From the NCBI GenBank assembly GCA_041483675.1, contig JBGPGE010000008.1, forward strand, positions 1,211 to 65,210: a stretch of DNA of 64,000 bases. The letters are read 5' to 3'. Positions 59,814-64,000 of the stretch are shown one piece after another. Made by a program: the position numbers and the translations under genes. Position 1 is the first letter of the stretch. Every line of letters begins with the position of its first letter. This DNA comes from Candidatus Binatia bacterium. GTDB taxonomy: Bacteria > Desulfobacterota > Binatia > UBA9968. Under the pieces are notes generated by a model, which saw only the letters and a program-made list of their open reading frames with translations, had not been told where the DNA came from and made no database searches.

Positions 59814-60923
59814 CTAGGTCGGATCGGGAAGGGTTTTCTTGTCGCCATCCGCGGCCAGCAGCTTCTGCCCGAATTGATCCAGTCGCTTTTCCGCCGCCTG
59901 AAAACTCGACTGGGCGTGGCCCAGATGCTTTCCAACCAGACTGAACTCGTCCTTGAATCTGCCGAAGTCCCCTTCGAGGCGGCCCAGGTACTGCATGACC
60001 TCCTTGGCCCGCTCTTCGATCTTCATCCCCTTGAGGCCCAGGACGATGGCCTGAAGGTAGGCGTAAAAGCTGTTGGGAGAAACCGGGATAACCCGTTTGC
60101 CCATCGCATACTGGCTCAGCCCCTTCTCCCCGCCCGCAAAGTCGTCCTTGATGATCGTTTCGTAATAGACGTTTTCCGCCGGAATATACATGAGGGCGAA
60201 GTCGTAGGTTCCCTCGTCGGGCAGAATGTATTTCGTCGCAATCGCATCGATGTGTTTTTTGACGTCGCTCACGAACTGGCGTTTGGCTTTAGCCTTCTCT
60301 TCGTCTGTGCCGGCATCTAGGAGGCGCCTGAAATTTTCCAAGGGGAATTTGGAATCGACCGGAACCACCGAACCGCCCAACTTGATGACCGCGTCCACCT
60401 TCTCGCCGCTCCTGAAGGCGAACTGCGTGGCGAAGTGATCGGACGGAAGAATCTGGCCTAAGAGATCTTCGAGGAAGAACTCTCCCAGGCCGCCCCTGAG
60501 CTTGGGGGCGCGAAGGATCTCCTGCAGGGAGGCGATGTCTTTTCCGACTTCGTAGATTTTGCGATTCGCCTCCTCCAGGCTGCCCAGGCTTTTTTGCACA
60601 TTGCCCACGACCCGGGCCGCGTTATCGAGCCTCTCCCCCAGGTTCTGCTGGGTTTTCTGCATGACCTCGGAGCTTTCCTTGAGCCGGTCGTTCACGTGGG
60701 TCATCAATTGTCCCAACTGCTGATGAATGAGTTGCGTGCTGCCGTCGAGCACCTGCGTAAACTGCCCGCGCAGCTGGTCGATCTGTTGCTGGATGAGGAT
60801 CATCGACTGATCTTCCTTTTTCTCCCCCAGCATCGTTTGGACGCGGCGGAGCAAAAGCCAGCCGAGAAGGGCGACGCCGCCCAGGAACAGGAGCAGCAGC
60901 GCGATAGGATTCAGGGAGTCCAC
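59814..60923 (-). CDS. rmuC: DNA recombination protein RmuC
   Basis: N-terminal TM helix, long coiled coil, and a C-terminal RmuC nuclease-like region (VDAVIKLGGSVVPVDSKFPLE, ALMYIPAENVYYE). Confidence 0.88.
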   Translation of the reverse strand: MDSLNPIALLLLFLGGVALLGWLLLRRVQTMLGEKKEDQSMILIQQQIDQLRGQFTQVLDGSTQLIHQQLGQLMTHVNDRLKESSEVMQKTQQNLGERLDNAARVVGNVQKSLGSLEEANRKIYEVGKDIASLQEILRAPKLRGGLGEFFLEDLLGQILPSDHFATQFAFRSGEKVDAVIKLGGSVVPVDSKFPLENFRRLLDAGTDEEKAKAKRQFVSDVKKHIDAIATKYILPDEGTYDFALMYIPAENVYYETIIKDDFAGGEKGLSQYAMGKRVIPVSPNSFYAYLQAIVLGLKGMKIEERAKEVMQYLGRLEGDFGRFKDEFSLVGKHLGHAQSSFQAAEKRLDQFGQKLLAADGDKKTLPDPT

Positions 60924-60940
60924 GATTTGGCGTTGGGGAG

Positions 60941-61153
60941 TTAAAGCAACCGAAGGGCGTATTCCAAAAGCTCGCTCAGCTTGCGCATTTGAGTGGCGCG
61001 TATCGCTCTCTCTTCGGGCGGCGAGGAAAAATACTGGTCCAAGCTACGCTTAAGGTTCCATTCGAGCATTTCCACGCATTGCTCCACGCTCATCTTTTCC
61101 GCGCGGCGCTGCCGAGCCTGGTGGACTTCCTTCAGCTTGATAACCTGACCCAT
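60941..61153 (-). CDS. small hypothetical protein (70 aa)
   Basis: ORF immediately upstream of rmuC. No clear RBS and no family recognised. Confidence 0.35.
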   Translation of the reverse strand: MGQVIKLKEVHQARQRRAEKMSVEQCVEMLEWNLKRSLDQYFSSPPEERAIRATQMRKLSELLEYALRLL

Positions 61154-61228
61154 TGCCGCTCATAGTAAGGAGGTTGCCCCCGCTTTGCAAGCGCTTGCAG
61201 ACCGCTGAAAAAGGTCCATCGTTTCAAG

Positions 61229-61294
61229 AAAGGATGAAGGCGGAGGGCGGAGGGATGAATTTTTTCATCCCTCATCCTTCATCCCTCATCCCTC
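61229..61294. repeat. hairpin-forming CATCCCT oligo-repeat
   Basis: gaaaggatgaaggcggagggcggagggatgaa-ttttt-tcatccctcatccttcatccctcatccctc. Confidence 0.65.
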
Positions 61295-61371
61295 GCCGGC
61301 GCGCGCCTTGTGGCTGGAACTTTCGACTTAGCTCAGGTCAGACCTTTTTGACCGGCCTGAGGATAGAAGTT

Positions 61372-62448
61372 TTATAGCGCCGAAACCAGCGGCTCTTGCT
61401 GCGTCACGCAATGAATCGCCCCGCGCCCGGTAACAAGCGGCGCACAGGGAATACCGATGACGGCGCGATCCGGAAAAAGCTCTCGAAGGATGCCGAGGGC
61501 CGTGTGGTCATTAGGATGGTCGTAGGTAGGCGTCAGAACGACGCCGTTGGCGATGTAGAAATTCGCATAGCTGGCCGGCAGTCTCGCTCCTGCATCGGCA
61601 ACGGCGCCGGGCATCGGCAGCGGGACTATCGTGAGCTTTTTGCCGTTCCGATCTTCCGCGCCTTCAAGACGCTCATAGTTCTCGTGCAACGGGCGGTAAT
61701 TTCGATCGCGCGGGTCCTGTTCGAGCGCGCATACCACGGTCGTCGGATCCACGAACCGGGCGATGTCGTCGATATGACCGTCGGTGTCGTCGCCCGCGAT
61801 CCCTTCCCCCAGCCAGATAACCTGATCCACGCCTAGGGAATCCTTGAGAAACTGCTCGATCCCGGCGCGGCTTAAGTGCGGATTGCGGTTGGGATTCAGC
61901 AGGCACTGCTCCGTCGTGAGACACGCGCCCTGGCCGTTGACCTCGATGGAGCCGCCTTCGAGCACGACAGGGTGCTCGAAAACCCGTGCGCCCAAGAGCG
62001 GCGTCATTGCCTTCGCCACGCTATCGTCGGCCCGGTAAGATTCATACTTCCCGCCCCAACCGTTGAAAATCCAATCGTTGAGAGCGAGCCGCTGATCGCC
62101 GTCCCGCTTCACCGCGAAGGTCGGGCCGAAGTCTCGAAACCAGACATCGACCGTCGGAATCGTGTGGAAGGTCACATGCCCCATCTCCACGCCCGCCCGC
62201 CGCAGTCGCCGGTCCGCCTCGTCGTGAGCCCGCTGTTCGTTCACCAATAGACAAACCGTCTCATGCGGCGCGAGCGCCTTAACCATCTGCACCCAGATTT
62301 CCTTGAGCTGGTCCAATTGGCCCGGCCAGGCGTCGCGGTTGTGCGGCCACGCCAGCCAGGTCGCCCTGTGGGGTTCCCACTCGGCCGGCATGCGGTAGCC
62401 CAACTCGCGCGGGCAAGGGGCATGGGTATCCTTAGCAGAAGGATTCAA
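61372..62448 (-). CDS. aguA: agmatine deiminase
   Basis: MPAEWEPH, WFRDFGP, GGSIEVNG, DGHIDD, and C-terminal GAIHCVTQQ catalytic Cys. Confidence 0.93.
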   Translation of the reverse strand: MNPSAKDTHAPCPRELGYRMPAEWEPHRATWLAWPHNRDAWPGQLDQLKEIWVQMVKALAPHETVCLLVNEQRAHDEADRRLRRAGVEMGHVTFHTIPTVDVWFRDFGPTFAVKRDGDQRLALNDWIFNGWGGKYESYRADDSVAKAMTPLLGARVFEHPVVLEGGSIEVNGQGACLTTEQCLLNPNRNPHLSRAGIEQFLKDSLGVDQVIWLGEGIAGDDTDGHIDDIARFVDPTTVVCALEQDPRDRNYRPLHENYERLEGAEDRNGKKLTIVPLPMPGAVADAGARLPASYANFYIANGVVLTPTYDHPNDHTALGILRELFPDRAVIGIPCAPLVTGRGAIHCVTQQEPLVSAL

Positions 62449-62463
62449 GGGACGGTCCGTGGT

Positions 62464-63348
62464 CTAGTCGTCAAGGTACCGAGCGGTCAGACCGCCATAC
62501 GCGTCGATCCGCCGGTCCCGGAGAAACGGCCAGCTCTGGCGCGTTTCATCTATTTTTTTTAGATCGCAGCGGGCCAGCAGGAGTTCCTCTTGATCGCCGC
62601 CGGCGCTGGCAATGATCTCTCCCGCAGGGTCGGCGATGAAAGAGCTTCCCCAAAATTTAATCTTACCCTCCCGCCCCACGCGATTCACCACCGCGACGTA
62701 GACGCCGTTGGCGACCGCGTGGGCGCGCTGGATCGTCTCCCAGCCGTTTCTTTGCGCCCTGGCCGCGGCCCGCGGCTCCCCTGCCAGCCAGCCGATCGCC
62801 GTGGGATAGAAGATGATCTCCGCGCCGCGCATCGAGACCAGCCGCGCGGCCTCGGGAAACCACTGATCCCAACAGACCAGCACGCCGATCTTTGCGTAAC
62901 GCGTTTGAAAACAGGGAAAGCCGAGATCGCCGGGGGTGAAATAAAACTTCTCGTAATAGCCGGGGTCGTCCGGGATGTGCATCTTGCGATACTTGCCCAG
63001 GATCGCGCCGTCGGCATCGATCACCACCGCCGTGTTGTGGAACACGCCGGCGGAGCGGCGCTCAAAGATGGAGGAGACGATGACGATCCGCTTCGACCGC
63101 GCCACTCGGCTGAGCGCGTCGGTCGTGGGACCGGGGATGCTTTCCGCCAGCTTGAACTTTCCGGCCTCCTCGATCTGAGGAAAGTAACGCGAGCGGAACA
63201 GCTCCTGGAGGCAAACAATTTGAGCCCCCTTCCTGGCGGCCGCCTCGATCCTGGCGACGGCTTTGGCGAGATTGGAATCCGGCGCCTCCGCCGCGCTCAT
63301 TTGAACGAGGCCGACGGTAACCGTGCCGCCTTTGCGCCTGCCGGGCAA
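62464..63348 (-). CDS. aguB: N-carbamoylputrescine amidase (carbon-nitrogen hydrolase family)
   Basis: CN-hydrolase E-K-C triad contexts (CLQELF, YRKMHIP, LVCWDQWFPE). Adjacent to aguA. Confidence 0.88.
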   Translation of the reverse strand: MPGRRKGGTVTVGLVQMSAAEAPDSNLAKAVARIEAAARKGAQIVCLQELFRSRYFPQIEEAGKFKLAESIPGPTTDALSRVARSKRIVIVSSIFERRSAGVFHNTAVVIDADGAILGKYRKMHIPDDPGYYEKFYFTPGDLGFPCFQTRYAKIGVLVCWDQWFPEAARLVSMRGAEIIFYPTAIGWLAGEPRAAARAQRNGWETIQRAHAVANGVYVAVVNRVGREGKIKFWGSSFIADPAGEIIASAGGDQEELLLARCDLKKIDETRQSWPFLRDRRIDAYGGLTARYLDD

Positions 63349-63358
63349 ATCGCCGCCC

Positions 63359-64000
63359 CTATTTCAGATGCCGGGCGAAGAAAGACTTGAATTTCTCCCA
63401 GGCATCCTTGGCGGAGTCGGCATGATAGCTGCCACGGTCGTCGCAGAAAAAGCCGTGCCCCGCTTCCGGATAGACGTTCATTGCAAACGTCTTCTTGTTG
63501 TCCGTCAGCGCCTTGTTGACTTGTGCGACATGGTCCTGCGGGATGAACGCGTCCTTGCCGCCGAAAAAGAGGTGGATCGGGCAGTTGATCTCGCCGGTCC
63601 GGGAGAGCGGGCTCGGATTGCCCATCGGAATCCCGCCGCCGTAGAAAGCGACCGCCGCTTTGACGTCCTTGTTGTGATGCGCGGCGCTCAGATAGGTAAA
63701 TCGGCCGCCCATGCAAAAGCCGGTCACTCCGAGCGCGCCCGGCTTGACGTAGTTCTGCGCCTTGAGGTGCGCGATGACGGCCCCCACGTCGGCCATGATC
63801 TTGGGATCCTGCAGGCGAGTCATGATGCCGACCGCCTTCTGCAGCTCGGCGTAAGGAACGATGCGCTCCGGCTCGCGATGATAAAGATCGGGCGCGATCG
63901 CCACGTAGCCTTCACGGGCGATCCGCTCGGTCACGTCCTTGATGTGCTTGTTGACTCCGAAAGCCTCCATCAGCACGATGACCGCCGGCCGCGGGCCGCC
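63359..64000 (-). CDS. dienelactone hydrolase family protein (N-terminus beyond window edge)
   Basis: GFCMGG nucleophile motif. The frame stays open upstream of the listed Met to the window end (..PAVIVLMEAFGVN). Confidence 0.8.
   Translation of the reverse strand, partial: GGPRPAVIVLMEAFGVNKHIKDVTERIAREGYVAIAPDLYHREPERIVPYAELQKAVGIMTRLQDPKIMADVGAVIAHLKAQNYVKPGALGVTGFCMGGRFTYLSAAHHNKDVKAAVAFYGGGIPMGNPSPLSRTGEINCPIHLFFGGKDAFIPQDHVAQVNKALTDNKKTFAMNVYPEAGHGFFCDDRGSYHADSAKDAWEKFKSFFARHLK

Noticed and set aside
61185-61199. Near-palindrome TTGCAAGCGCTTGCA upstream of the 70-aa ORF, as another enhancer site
   Set aside because: No sigma54 -24/-12 element accompanies it, and the downstream ORF itself is weakly supported. 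A single occurrence is insufficient evidence.

Overview
High-GC (by eye about 60-65%) bacterial chromosomal segment, densely coded. I recognise no rRNA genes, CRISPR arrays, transposases or integrases. The intergenic repeat families suggest an uncultured soil or sediment lineage, but I cannot place it taxonomically from sequence alone.

Layout:
- 1-1.3 kb: lower-GC edge with two unrecognisable genes.
- 1.4-7.1 kb (minus strand): ECF sigma factor, AhpD-like protein, UbiA-family prenyltransferase, a secreted protein, a small membrane protein, and a cNOR nitric-oxide reductase (norCB) whose NorC carries an extra cytochrome c domain.
- 7.2-25.4 kb: a stress/dormancy island. It holds three Usp genes, two Hsp20 genes, a LonC-like protease, catalase, DUF2267, DUF2934, an HPF-cold-shock-domain fusion, OsmC, a phosphoribosyltransferase (PRTase), a dienelactone-hydrolase-like protein, a CBS protein and a cDPG-synthetase-like GTPase. 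At least seven sigma54 -24/-12 promoters (three divergent pairs) appear to drive it. It sits next to a GAF-PAS histidine kinase and an NtrC-type sigma54 activator.
- 25.5 kb: tRNA-Sec (selC).
- 26.9-30.0 kb: an operon of PaaK-like ligase, UbiD-family (de)carboxylase and a small protein.
- 30.1-38.6 kb (minus strand): an envelope locus. Two tandem pairs of an unrecognisable exported 4-Cys protein family flank a Wzy_C/O-antigen-ligase-like TPR membrane protein. Upstream on the same strand are a TPR protein, a PAS-DHp-REC protein lacking a kinase catalytic domain, and a GT4 glycosyltransferase.
- 38.6-64 kb: housekeeping genes. These are dus, maf, ABC-F, a low-GC PIN toxin-antitoxin pair, a substrate-binding protein (SBP), recJ, queA-tgt-yajC-secDF, SPFH/NfeD, UDG, coaBC, mlaA, a deoxyhypusine-synthase-like gene, rmuC, aguAB and a partial dienelactone hydrolase (DLH).

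Several families of hairpin-forming intergenic repeats, some nested, recur throughout the window.

All functional calls come from my own recognition of protein motifs in the ORF track. No database search was run.
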